A stretch of DNA of 64,000 nucleotides from Candidatus Pacearchaeota archaeon (lineage in GTDB: Archaea; Nanobdellota; Nanobdellia; Pacearchaeales; GW2011-AR1): positions 2,538 through 66,537 of the forward strand of contig JACPGZ010000017.1 in NCBI GenBank assembly GCA_016188895.1. The letters run 5' to 3'. The notes under the pieces were generated by a model. That model did no database searches, was not told where the DNA came from, and worked only from the letters and a program-made list of their open reading frames with translations. Position numbers and translations under genes: made by a program. Below are positions 39,061 to 48,103 of this stretch, piece after piece. The stretch's first letter is position 1, and each line of letters begins with the position of its first letter.

Positions 39061-39885
39061 TCATTTTAATAAATCTTTAGGAGTGAAGCTGGAATTTACA
39101 ACTTCTTCGGTTATGTTTTCCGAATGATAAAAATCTTTAGGTTCGGATGGAAGATATGTCCTTACAATTCCTCTGCCAGGATAGTATCCAATTCGCACGT
39201 CTCTCGTCGGTGTCTTGTCTAAGAGCAAGTCAATAGCAGCATCTACAACCGACTCCAACTTAACAGGGTCTTGGACTTGATTAGCTCTAATAGCATCCAT
39301 CATTTTATCTGTAGCAACGGTGTTTGGGTATAATCTATAAAGCCTAACATTTTCAACGCCTTCTCTTTGTAGTTCTTCCTCGAGATGAAATAGTCCTGCA
39401 ACAAGTCCCATCTTAGCAGGCCCATAGCCAAGACCGGAGTCCATAACTTTAAGTGCGGCTTGGGAAGCAACTGTCAAGATTCTTAGATTATTTTCTTTCT
39501 CGCCACTAAACCTGCTAGTTAAAAAATGCGTTAGTTCGTAAGGTGCCTTCATATCAAATTCAATCAGTTTCCAAATATCTGCAAAGGGTGTATCAAGAGA
39601 TTGTCCTTTCCATGCGCCCGCATTATTAATGAAAAAATCCAAACGACCATTTTCATGATAAACTCCTTCCACAATTTTTTTCATTGCTTCAATATCTGTA
39701 ATATCTGCAGGTTTAATATATGCTTTTCCGCCTTGTTGTATTATTTTTTCTTTTGCTTTTTCTAGTTTTTCTTGCGTTCTAGCAATCAAATAAACGAGAG
39801 CTCCTTTAGAAGCCAAAGCAGATGCTATTCCAAAACCGATGCCTTCGCTTCCGCCTGTTACAATAGCAACCTTATTCTCCAACAT
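39061..39885 (-). CDS. Short-chain dehydrogenase/reductase
   Basis: TGGSEGIG, NNAG, YGPAK. Confidence 0.9.
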   Translation of the reverse strand: MLENKVAIVTGGSEGIGFGIASALASKGALVYLIARTQEKLEKAKEKIIQQGGKAYIKPADITDIEAMKKIVEGVYHENGRLDFFINNAGAWKGQSLDTPFADIWKLIEFDMKAPYELTHFLTSRFSGEKENNLRILTVASQAALKVMDSGLGYGPAKMGLVAGLFHLEEELQREGVENVRLYRLYPNTVATDKMMDAIRANQVQDPVKLESVVDAAIDLLLDKTPTRDVRIGYYPGRGIVRTYLPSEPKDFYHSENITEEVVNSSFTPKDLLK

Positions 39886-39886
39886 T

Positions 39887-40483
39887 TTAACTATTCCTCA
39901 TTGACTCATAGAATTTTAATTCCATTTCGGGCTGTGTGAGAAAAATACCATTAGCTGCGCTTGTCGTTGTAGCTACATCTTTTTGTTTAACTCCTCTCAT
40001 CTGCATACAATAATGCTCTCCACGAACCATACAGATTGCTCCTTTTGTATGCATATTTTTTTCCATAAGCTCAACAATTTCTTGTGTAAATGTTTCTTGT
40101 AGTGCCGGTTTTTTTGCTAGTAATTCAATTATTCTAACTAACTTACTTAGACCAACGCCACAGCCGTCTGGAATATACCCTACAGCAACTTCATACCTAA
40201 CTGGGAGAAAATGATGTGGACACATAGAAAATACAACTATATTCTTTTCAAACACCATTCCTTTGTAGTCAGTTGGAAAACATGTTTTGAATATTTTTTC
40301 TACATCCTCTTTTGTATGATCCAAACCAGCAAAAATTTCTTTGTATGCCCTAGCAAATCTCGAGGGCGTTTCTTTAAAATTTGGATCATTGATATCTAAT
40401 CCTAGCCCTCTCTCAAGTATTTCTCTAAAATGTTCCCCAATTACCTCTTCATTAATTCCGTTGTTTATATTTGCTTTTTCCAT
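39887..40483 (-). CDS. folE: GTP cyclohydrolase I
   Basis: ETPSR, SMCPHH.LP, GLSKL.R, QE, HYCM.MRG. Confidence 0.95.
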   Translation of the reverse strand: MEKANINNGINEEVIGEHFREILERGLGLDINDPNFKETPSRFARAYKEIFAGLDHTKEDVEKIFKTCFPTDYKGMVFEKNIVVFSMCPHHFLPVRYEVAVGYIPDGCGVGLSKLVRIIELLAKKPALQETFTQEIVELMEKNMHTKGAICMVRGEHYCMQMRGVKQKDVATTTSAANGIFLTQPEMELKFYESMRNS

Positions 40484-40647
40484 TATCTATATTCCAATTT
40501 TTTGGCTTTATTTAAGTTTGATATCTGGGCATCGTATTTCTTACAAAAAGCTTCATGCTCTTCTGCTAATTTTCTTTTTTTATATATTAATCTACAAAAC
40601 ATACACCTGAAATATTTTCTGCCTCTTATATTAACTTCTTTCACCAT
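40483..40647 (-). CDS. Small zinc-binding protein related to 35175-35333
   Basis: YFRCMFC..Y....LAEEHEAFC. Confidence 0.7.
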   Translation of the reverse strand: MVKEVNIRGRKYFRCMFCRLIYKKRKLAEEHEAFCKKYDAQISNLNKAKKLEYR

Positions 40648-40651
40648 TTTA

Positions 40652-42061
40652 TCACTCCACACAGCACGCCATTTCATCTAAATTTTGGTCAAAGCTTTGA
40701 GCAACTTTCTTTATCATCTCGCTTAATGTAGGAAAAACATGGACTGTATCTCTGATATCGTAGATTGTCATTTTGTTCTTAATTGCATAAGTGGCTGTTG
40801 TTATTATATCGGCAGCCATTGGTCCAACAATATGAACTCCAATAACGACCTTTGTTTTAGGATCAAGCACCATTCTAATTAAACCACGAGTATCTTTAAT
40901 TGCTGCTGCTTTTTCTACATGGTCTAGTGTTATTGTTCTGCACAAGCAAACGTTATATTTTTTCATAAATTCTTCTTCTGTTATTCCAACTGCTGCAACT
41001 TCTGGAGAAGTGAACACAGCATGGGGAACTTCATTATAATTTATTTTTTTCTCTGCGTTTTCAAACATGTTTAGAATAGCAATATTTCCTTCTTTTGCTG
41101 CTGTTGTTTCAAGAGGCAATAATCCTGTAACATCGCCAGCAGCGTAAATATGCTTCTGAGAAGTTTGCATATACTCATTTACTTTGACAAATCCTCGCTC
41201 ATCAAGCTCGATATTGGCTTTTTCTGTTTCAATAAGTTTTGTATGTGGTTGTAAGCCAGCAGCCAGCATTAACATTTCAGCAGATAAAATATTTTCTTTT
41301 CCATCAATTTTTACATTTAATTCTATTCCGTTTTTTGTTTTCTTTACTTCTTGTATATCTGTTTTAGTATAAATTGTAATTCCTTCTTCTTCCAAATATT
41401 TTTGTAACTCCTCGCCAAGCATTGAATCAAATTTTGGTATAATTCTTTCTGAGCGCTGTAAAACTGTAACTTTAATTCCAAAATGATGGAAAATTTGAGA
41501 AAATTCCATACCAAGTGGACCACCACCAATTATAATTACAGATTCTGGTTTTTTCTTTAGATTGAAAATATTAACATTTGTTATGTAATCAATTTTATCA
41601 ATGCCTTTTATTGCCGGGACAAAAGTAGACGCTCCTGTTGCTATAAGAAAGTATTTTCCTTTGAATGTTTCATTGCCTACTTTTACAGTGTGTGAATCTA
41701 AAAAAGAGGCTAACCCTTCTTTAAAGTCAACATATTCTTGTTTTTCAATAACTTTCTCGTAATTTTTACTTCTAAACTTTTCAACCATTTCATGAGTTTC
41801 TTTTAATGCTTCTATAAAATCAGCTTTGCCTTCTAATTTTATTGCCCTAAACTGACCCCTCAATGCGTAAAAATACTCCTCTCCTTGATGAAGCATTATT
41901 TTTGACGGCACACACCCAACGTTTACGCATGTTCCGCCAAGAGGCAGGATTTTCTCATAGTTTATTAGAAGTGTTTTCTTTTTCAGCTTGTTTGCTGTGT
42001 TTGCTGCTGCAAAAGCCCCAGCTCCTCCGCCAATTATAATTAAATCATATTCCTTATCCAT
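40652..42061 (-). CDS. merA: Mercuric reductase (no NmerA domain)
   Basis: GGTCVNVGCVPSK, GxGxxG sites, FPTLSE, C-terminal CC pair. Confidence 0.9.
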   Translation of the reverse strand: MDKEYDLIIIGGGAGAFAAANTANKLKKKTLLINYEKILPLGGTCVNVGCVPSKIMLHQGEEYFYALRGQFRAIKLEGKADFIEALKETHEMVEKFRSKNYEKVIEKQEYVDFKEGLASFLDSHTVKVGNETFKGKYFLIATGASTFVPAIKGIDKIDYITNVNIFNLKKKPESVIIIGGGPLGMEFSQIFHHFGIKVTVLQRSERIIPKFDSMLGEELQKYLEEEGITIYTKTDIQEVKKTKNGIELNVKIDGKENILSAEMLMLAAGLQPHTKLIETEKANIELDERGFVKVNEYMQTSQKHIYAAGDVTGLLPLETTAAKEGNIAILNMFENAEKKINYNEVPHAVFTSPEVAAVGITEEEFMKKYNVCLCRTITLDHVEKAAAIKDTRGLIRMVLDPKTKVVIGVHIVGPMAADIITTATYAIKNKMTIYDIRDTVHVFPTLSEMIKKVAQSFDQNLDEMACCVE

Positions 42062-42392
42062 CTTTAATCACTCCGCAATTTTCTAGTCTTTCTTTGTATT
42101 TCCGAATGTGTTTATCAAATAAATCAACTATTGGAATTATGGTTTCTTCATCAAGAGAATATTCTCTGAAATTGCCATTTTGGGTTACTTTTACAAATCC
42201 GCAATGCTCCAAACATCTAAGATTATGAGATACTCTGCTTTGTTCAAATCCCGTCTTTTCACATATTTCTGTAACTGTGAGAGGTTTCTTTCTTAATAGC
42301 TGAATAATTTCCAATCTCGTGTAATTGGAAAATGCTTTGAAGAATAACCTGTGAAGATTATCCATCTGATGAATTTGTTGTAGTTTAGGCAT
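42054..42392 (-). CDS. ArsR/SmtB-family regulator
   Basis: FKAFSN.TRLEI..EQSRVSHNLRCL..CG.V. Confidence 0.92.
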   Translation of the reverse strand: MPKLQQIHQMDNLHRLFFKAFSNYTRLEIIQLLRKKPLTVTEICEKTGFEQSRVSHNLRCLEHCGFVKVTQNGNFREYSLDEETIIPIVDLFDKHIRKYKERLENCGVIKDG

Positions 42393-42410
42393 ATGATAAA
42401 GTTATCATAT
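42391..42410. promoter_or_regulatory. Candidate ArsR operator
   Basis: Perfect ATATGATAA-AG-TTATCATAT inverted repeat at the arsR start. Confidence 0.65.
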
Positions 42411-42442
42411 AGACTATTTAAATGTTTTGTTATGCTTTAAAA

Positions 42443-42892
42443 TTAAAATTCGCATCCACTTATAGCAGATAATCTCTCAAATGTCTGAACCTGTGGATAG
42501 AATTCGTTATTTATCTCCCATGTTGGTGTAACGCCTATTCCTTTTCTATCGCATAATTCTTTATTCTCTGAACACTTTACATAATTAAGATATTGCTTTG
42601 AATTGCCAAAAAAATTTAATTGCTTTGCTGTATATTGGCAGAAATCATTTCCATATACTACAGCGCCTTTTTCAGCCAGGCATTTTGCAAATGCGTCATA
42701 GTCGCCTGGTTTTTTCATGTATGAAAAAACAGAGGCTACAGAGAATATTCCGATTAATATTATTAATGATACTATCGCATATTTTCTGAAATTTGTTTTT
42801 TTAACTGGAGAAGAATGTTTTGCTTGAGCGTGCTGACTTAAAGCTTCTTCTGAATCAAAGCTACGATTACAAATTTGACATATGCTTGCCAT
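42443..42892 (-). CDS. C2H2 finger + TM + thioredoxin-like domain protein
   Basis: CQIC..H...H; FAKCL..YG..C; PTW; SGC. Confidence 0.8.
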   Translation of the reverse strand: MASICQICNRSFDSEEALSQHAQAKHSSPVKKTNFRKYAIVSLIILIGIFSVASVFSYMKKPGDYDAFAKCLAEKGAVVYGNDFCQYTAKQLNFFGNSKQYLNYVKCSENKELCDRKGIGVTPTWEINNEFYPQVQTFERLSAISGCEF

Positions 42893-42911
42893 TTTTCAAA
42901 AATTTTAATGA

Positions 42912-43073
42912 TTAACGACCGCATCCGCCGCCGCCATATTGGCTTGGCACTGATTGTGGTGCTACTGCAGCTCCTGATATCTTGTCTGAATTGTCATTGC
43001 GCAGACTATTTATACCAAAAACAACTACAGCAAGTATCAATATTACAAGCAAGATAACAACTGTTTTGTCCAT
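42912..43073 (-). CDS. Small membrane-anchored peptide ending GGGGCGR (53 aa, not in ORF track)
   Basis: N-terminal TM; GGAGG upstream. Confidence 0.75.
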   Translation of the reverse strand: MDKTVVILLVILILAVVVFGINSLRNDNSDKISGAAVAPQSVPSQYGGGGCGR

Positions 43074-43115
43074 ATTAACCTCCTTTCATGTTTCTCATTT
43101 TAATATATCACATAG

Positions 43116-43529
43116 TTATTTAAATATTTGTTTATTTTTTAATTTATCTTTGAGCAAAAATAACATGCTTAAGAAGACAATGCTACCCCCTATTATCCAG
43201 AAGAATATAGAATAATCTTGGAAAAATGGTGTGCCTGCTATAATTATGCCTGCATTAAGTATTATCATATTTTTTGAGATGCATCTGCTTCTGAAATAAA
43301 ATACTAATGCTGTTGCTAAAAGCAAAAGGGCTGCAATCCAAAAAGGAACAGCTACTTTTTGAAGGAATAACAAAGGCATGCCTACAATTGTTATCCCAAT
43401 AACAGATAGCAGGGCAATAATGCCTAAGCAGACATTATGGCAGACTTGATAGCCTCCTAAGAAGCTCAAAACTCCTGATAATCCACTTGATATTCCAATT
43501 GTTTTTTCTTTTAAATTTGATTTTTTCAT
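43116..43529 (-). CDS. Membrane protein with CxxxC motif (possible metal transporter)
   Basis: VCHNVC within TM region. Confidence 0.7.
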   Translation of the reverse strand: MKKSNLKEKTIGISSGLSGVLSFLGGYQVCHNVCLGIIALLSVIGITIVGMPLLFLQKVAVPFWIAALLLLATALVFYFRSRCISKNMIILNAGIIIAGTPFFQDYSIFFWIIGGSIVFLSMLFLLKDKLKNKQIFK

Positions 43530-43530
43530 C

Positions 43531-44271
43531 TTAATGATCCTTGGCAAAATCAGTTATTGAATTTAATTGTTGTTCAAGAGAGCCATTTCCATCTGTTATT
43601 AAAATTTTATCTAAATCATTAAAGACATAATTTCTGTAATCTGAAATTTCCTTTCCATTGACATATGCTCTTATTCCTTGTGGAAATTCTAATTCAATGC
43701 TGTCAAAGAGTATCCATAAAGGAACTCCTGTTGCATGCATATGTAAGACACTTGAAGCGTCTTCTTTGTTTAGATTATCATCTAAATGAAGAAAACTACT
43801 TTTCATATAATATTTTTCATTTGCAAAATTTATTGTATTTCCATTAACATATACTTTAATATCAGCATGAATATGCTCTGAGCCTAAAATTCCTATAGTT
43901 GATTTTGAATCCATATTGCATTGCATTTGCCCTGAATCTATGCATTGTTCAACAGGCATGCCACAAGCATCACATTTTCCATCATTATCTTTGTCCATAA
44001 ACTGCTTTGCAAGCTCTATGTCAAAGGGTGTAAGAGACATGCGACTCATTCTTCCTGCCATAGGATTAGAAGCTGCTCCTGTAATCTTTTGCGCTAAGAA
44101 TAAAGATTTAGAGGCATAAAAAAGTGCTGATATGGCTACTATGAATACGAATATTATAAAGCCTGTAATTAATTTATCAGCCATGCTTTTATTATCTTTA
44201 ACTGTGCTGACTACTTCCTTATTTTCCATTACTTCATTTTTATCTTGGATTTTTTCTTCTGGAATTATCAT
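43531..44271 (-). CDS. Exported Cys/His-rich hypothetical protein
   Basis: TM, CDACGM..C..C, HIHAD, LHMHA. Confidence 0.75.
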   Translation of the reverse strand: MIIPEEKIQDKNEVMENKEVVSTVKDNKSMADKLITGFIIFVFIVAISALFYASKSLFLAQKITGAASNPMAGRMSRMSLTPFDIELAKQFMDKDNDGKCDACGMPVEQCIDSGQMQCNMDSKSTIGILGSEHIHADIKVYVNGNTINFANEKYYMKSSFLHLDDNLNKEDASSVLHMHATGVPLWILFDSIELEFPQGIRAYVNGKEISDYRNYVFNDLDKILITDGNGSLEQQLNSITDFAKDH

Positions 44272-44272
44272 T

Positions 44273-44941
44273 TTATCCTCTTGATTCATATTCAATAACT
44301 ATTTCGTCTTTGTCTTGCATAATATAATTCTCAAATTCTGTGTTTTCTTCTCCACCAACATACATCTTTAATTCACCTTTGTCTGTGCAATAATCAAAAA
44401 TACATGAAGAACTAAACTGCTTATCCCACACATAAAAGAAATATCCTAAAGTAAGTGTTTCTGGTTTTTTGCTTGGATTATTATTTTCTAAGTGTATAGT
44501 GCCATCGCTCTCATGTGTATGAGTTGGGGACATTCTCATTCCGCTAAGACCTGTATCTATAATTTTTCCAATAGTAATTCCTATTCCTACAGGAATTAGT
44601 TGTTCATCTCCGTCAATAATAATCTTTAATTTTGGATGCCAATGCACTGCCCCTTGAGGAATCTTCTGGAGACTTTCATTAGATAAGATTATATTAAGTC
44701 CGTCATTATTGTTATTTGAAGTTTTATCTTTTCGCACAAGATATACTCCAAAAATAATGAGTATTATAACAATGGCAATTATCCAATTTCTTATCTTCTT
44801 TTTGTTTTGCGGAAAAAGTGAAGTTGATGGTTTAATGGATTGTTTTGTATCTCCATAATGTTTTGCTTTATTATGCATTGCTAAAGCATCTGCTGTTGAA
44901 AATTCTCGATTATTGCATTTTTCACATTTATAATCTGCCAT
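44273..44941 (-). CDS. C2H2 finger + TM + His-motif protein
   Basis: CEKC..H...H; HWHP, THTHESDGTIHLE, TLG.FF..W. Confidence 0.78.
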   Translation of the reverse strand: MADYKCEKCNNREFSTADALAMHNKAKHYGDTKQSIKPSTSLFPQNKKKIRNWIIAIVIILIIFGVYLVRKDKTSNNNNDGLNIILSNESLQKIPQGAVHWHPKLKIIIDGDEQLIPVGIGITIGKIIDTGLSGMRMSPTHTHESDGTIHLENNNPSKKPETLTLGYFFYVWDKQFSSSCIFDYCTDKGELKMYVGGEENTEFENYIMQDKDEIVIEYESRG

Positions 44942-44943
44942 TT

Positions 44944-45417
44944 TTATGATGTATCTACATTAGTACCATATGGATGAATTAATTTCCATCCCTGAATGAT
45001 ATCTCCTTGCCTGAATTTAAGTGTAAATTTATCGCTAAATTGTCTTTTGCTTCCTTCGCTAAGAATAAATTCAACTGAATATTCAACTGATGCTGTTTCT
45101 CCATCATTTGAAATCTCTTTTATATTTATGACATTGATATTATCTATTCCTTGCAAGGCTGCAAAATTCCTAAATGTGGCTAAATCTTTAGCATTAGGGT
45201 CAAGCTTTTTGAAGCCATCTGAAAAAGTTGCGTACATATTTGCGTAATCCTTATTATTCCATGCTGTGAAATACTGCCTTACAACTTCTTCTGGTGATGG
45301 AAATGTATATGATTCTTGCTGGAGCTTCTTATTTCTTATTGTTACAAAAATGACGCCTAAAACAAAAATAATCATTATAATTATTAATCCAAAATACATT
45401 ATTTTTTTATTGAGCAT
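44944..45417 (-). CDS. Exported NTF2-like (DUF4829-like) protein
   Basis: TM, then SPEEVVRQYFTAWNNKDY..Y; C-terminal WKL. Confidence 0.7.
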   Translation of the reverse strand: MLNKKIMYFGLIIIMIIFVLGVIFVTIRNKKLQQESYTFPSPEEVVRQYFTAWNNKDYANMYATFSDGFKKLDPNAKDLATFRNFAALQGIDNINVINIKEISNDGETASVEYSVEFILSEGSKRQFSDKFTLKFRQGDIIQGWKLIHPYGTNVDTS

Positions 45418-46531
45418 TATCTTCTACTACTTGGTTAGTAGCTAAATTTTTGTAAGTTCCTATAACCTCTGGACTCCGCATAACAAACCATCCATCACTC
45501 TCTACACTGCCAACATCATCCCATGCATTTACAAATGAGATATATACAGATGCGTCTGGCGAAACAATGATTATTGGAACTTTTGTTATTTTATATTTAG
45601 AAATTAACTCCTTGCCTTCTTTTGATGTTATATCATATGTATTTTCTTTATCTATATACATTCCAAATCTAAGAAGTATTTGTTTATTTATTGAGAGATC
45701 ATAACATTGTTGGCATGAACTATCTTTTAGCATTATTAATTCAACAAGCCCTGATATTTCGCCTGATGTTAGATTTCTATATGGAGGAACTGTAGAATGG
45801 ATTGCATAGAATCCATTTTTTTCTCTTGCATTTAGTTGAATTAGTAGTTGCTGTATGCTTGGATAGAAATTAATGTCTTGAGATATTAAAATAGCTGGGA
45901 CATGTTTTATATCAAATTTTTGGATAAGCTCTTGTCCTTCTTGCGAATTATATTCAACAAATCTCTCTTCTTTTACAAAAACACCTCCTTGTTTCAAACT
46001 CTCTGAAAATCCTGTTAGTGAAATACATTCTTTGCAAGAAGAATCAATAACATTAGTAATAGATACCTCGCCAACAATCTTATCAAGGGCATTATCATAA
46101 TAAGGTGGGCTTATTGATGTATATATTACGACATCTTCTTTTACATCGCCAATCTCATGCATATAGTTCATAACTTGCTCTTTATTAATCTCTCCGTTTA
46201 TAATTATTGTTGGCAATTTTTCAATAGAATATTTTTCTATCAGCTCTTGTCCTTCTAGAGAATTAATCTCAATTTCTTGCTCTTTTGTTATCTTAACATT
46301 TTGCTTTTTAAGGTCATTCAGTGCATTTTCAACATCATAGCAATTAGCGCAATCTGATAATAATTTTATTACTTCTAATTCAGCTGGTTTACTTTGTTCT
46401 TCTGCAATCTCTTTAGAATCTTTAACCTTGCTTATTCGTGATTGAAGTATAAAAACATTAATTACAGAGAATAAAACAACAAATATCATCACAACATGCA
46501 AGTATCTACTAATAAAGTTTTCTTTCTCCAT
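45407..46531 (-). CDS. Exported protein with three thioredoxin-like CxxC repeats
   Basis: CANC, CKEC, CQQC, each followed by S.EG.ELI.KY.I..(L/V)P. Confidence 0.8.
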   Translation of the reverse strand: MEKENFISRYLHVVMIFVVLFSVINVFILQSRISKVKDSKEIAEEQSKPAELEVIKLLSDCANCYDVENALNDLKKQNVKITKEQEIEINSLEGQELIEKYSIEKLPTIIINGEINKEQVMNYMHEIGDVKEDVVIYTSISPPYYDNALDKIVGEVSITNVIDSSCKECISLTGFSESLKQGGVFVKEERFVEYNSQEGQELIQKFDIKHVPAILISQDINFYPSIQQLLIQLNAREKNGFYAIHSTVPPYRNLTSGEISGLVELIMLKDSSCQQCYDLSINKQILLRFGMYIDKENTYDITSKEGKELISKYKITKVPIIIVSPDASVYISFVNAWDDVGSVESDGWFVMRSPEVIGTYKNLATNQVVEDNAQ

Positions 46532-46544
46532 CTTTTATATTAAA

Positions 46545-46751
46545 TCAGCACCCGCCAACCATTGATGGAAGACTCTGCAGGTTTGTTGGAACTGACTGGC
46601 TTGCGCCAGAGCTTGATGGTGCTGACGAGCTAGGACTGCTTGAAACTACAACCTTTGCGCTACTAAGACTCACTAACTGGATTGTTTGTATTGCTGTGGC
46701 TAAAAGCAATATACCAATCAAAGCAATCATCAATAGTTCTTTTCTTTCCAT
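46545..46751 (-). CDS. Small membrane-anchored peptide ending MVGGC
   Basis: TM, Ser-rich linker, terminal Cys. Confidence 0.78.
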   Translation of the reverse strand: MERKELLMIALIGILLLATAIQTIQLVSLSSAKVVVSSSPSSSAPSSSGASQSVPTNLQSLPSMVGGC

Positions 46752-46776
46752 TTTTGACCTCCTATAAATTTAGATA

Positions 46777-47547
46777 TCATACTAGAGCCTCCTGTATAAT
46801 TCTTTCAATTGTGCCTTTTGGATACCATAATGCATACCATCTCGCCATCTCGCCATAAATCTCTTCATCAGAATATTTATCTCCATAATTTTTAATAAAC
46901 CATTTCGCCATGCCTTGTGCTGCAATTGAGTGAGCACATCCGCAGTGTGTTATGATTGTTGGGTTTTTTGGAGAGCCGCAGCAATAATCACATGTAAATG
47001 AGTTTACTATCCTGTTCCATCTTTCTTGTTCTGAAGAGCTTAATTGCAATGAGCGATAAGTTCCCCAGTTCTTTTGAGAGGTAATTGGATCATCAAATGA
47101 TACTTGCGCTTCTTGTCCGTAAAATGGAGTGCCTGTTGGAACAACATTATTTAGCAAATCTTGGACAGAATCGCCTGTTGATGGTGTTGTTGATAACTCA
47201 CTTATTGTTGGGATTGGTTTTACCTTGCTTTTATATCCTGATATAGCTGGCTCTTCGCCCTGTGCAAGAGGCATTGGCTTTAATGTGATTTTTGAGCCAT
47301 ATTCAAACTTTCCTAGATTGACAGTTCCTCCAATAATTCCAGAGGCATATGCCCTTGGTATTAAAAGCTGATTTATAAAAAGCAAGATAGTCAAAATAAC
47401 CACTCCAGCTAAAATATAATTATTTCTAAATAAAAATGGTTCTGTATCTTGCGATACCCTATGGAATGGGCTCGTGCTCTGTGTTTCCGATGCCCTACGG
47501 AGTGGGCTTTCTTCCATTTTTTCTTCTTTTGTTATGTTGTTTTCCAT
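46777..47547 (-). CDS. Exported Cys-cluster protein with repeat-derived N-terminal insert
   Basis: CDYCC..CGCAH motif; ESPLRRASETQSTSPFHRVSQ insert. Confidence 0.8.
   Translation of the reverse strand: MENNITKEEKMEESPLRRASETQSTSPFHRVSQDTEPFLFRNNYILAGVVILTILLFINQLLIPRAYASGIIGGTVNLGKFEYGSKITLKPMPLAQGEEPAISGYKSKVKPIPTISELSTTPSTGDSVQDLLNNVVPTGTPFYGQEAQVSFDDPITSQKNWGTYRSLQLSSSEQERWNRIVNSFTCDYCCGSPKNPTIITHCGCAHSIAAQGMAKWFIKNYGDKYSDEEIYGEMARWYALWYPKGTIERIIQEALV
47449..47507 (-). repeat. In-frame dispersed repeat, copy J
   Basis: GCCCACTCCGTAGGGCATCGGAAACACAGAGCACGA-GCCCATTCCATAGGGTATCGCAA. Confidence 0.92.
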
Positions 47548-47548
47548 T

Positions 47549-48103
47549 TTACTTGTTTAGTATATTGCAAGCCTCGCAGTGCCCTGTATAAATACTTTCT
47601 GCTTTAAGGAATAAGGCAAGCCCTAATAATCCTATTGATGATATCTTGAAAACAGATGAGTATTGGGTTAAGAAAGATGTTGGAATATTAAGAAGGGTAG
47701 AGCCAAGTGCAACAACCACAATTCCTTGGCAAACAGGGCATATTGCTCCAAAAAATCCAGCTAATCCTCCGCCAAATCCACCAATAGATGATATAGAAGA
47801 TGAGCGAGTAATATTTTTCTTTTCATATATGAAAAGAACTATGAGAATAGATGCAAATATTGTTATTGCTGCAATAAACACATAATCAAATATACTGACA
47901 GCTGACATCCTGCTAATTCCAAAATCTATGACAGGGATTCTCCATAAACCATATAAAAAGGAGTATGATACTAGAAAAATTAAGATAGTGATGAGCAGAT
48001 TTTTCCTGTGTTGCTTCTCATTCAAAATACTAATAGCATGTTTTATTGCTCCTTCTCCTTTAAATTTGTCTTTCATTTTCTTTTGTTTGTTTTCAATAGC
48101 CAT
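47549..48103 (-). CDS. Membrane protein with CPVC motif
   Basis: Four TMs, GAICPVC, terminal CEAC. Confidence 0.75.
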   Translation of the reverse strand: MAIENKQKKMKDKFKGEGAIKHAISILNEKQHRKNLLITILIFLVSYSFLYGLWRIPVIDFGISRMSAVSIFDYVFIAAITIFASILIVLFIYEKKNITRSSSISSIGGFGGGLAGFFGAICPVCQGIVVVALGSTLLNIPTSFLTQYSSVFKISSIGLLGLALFLKAESIYTGHCEACNILNK

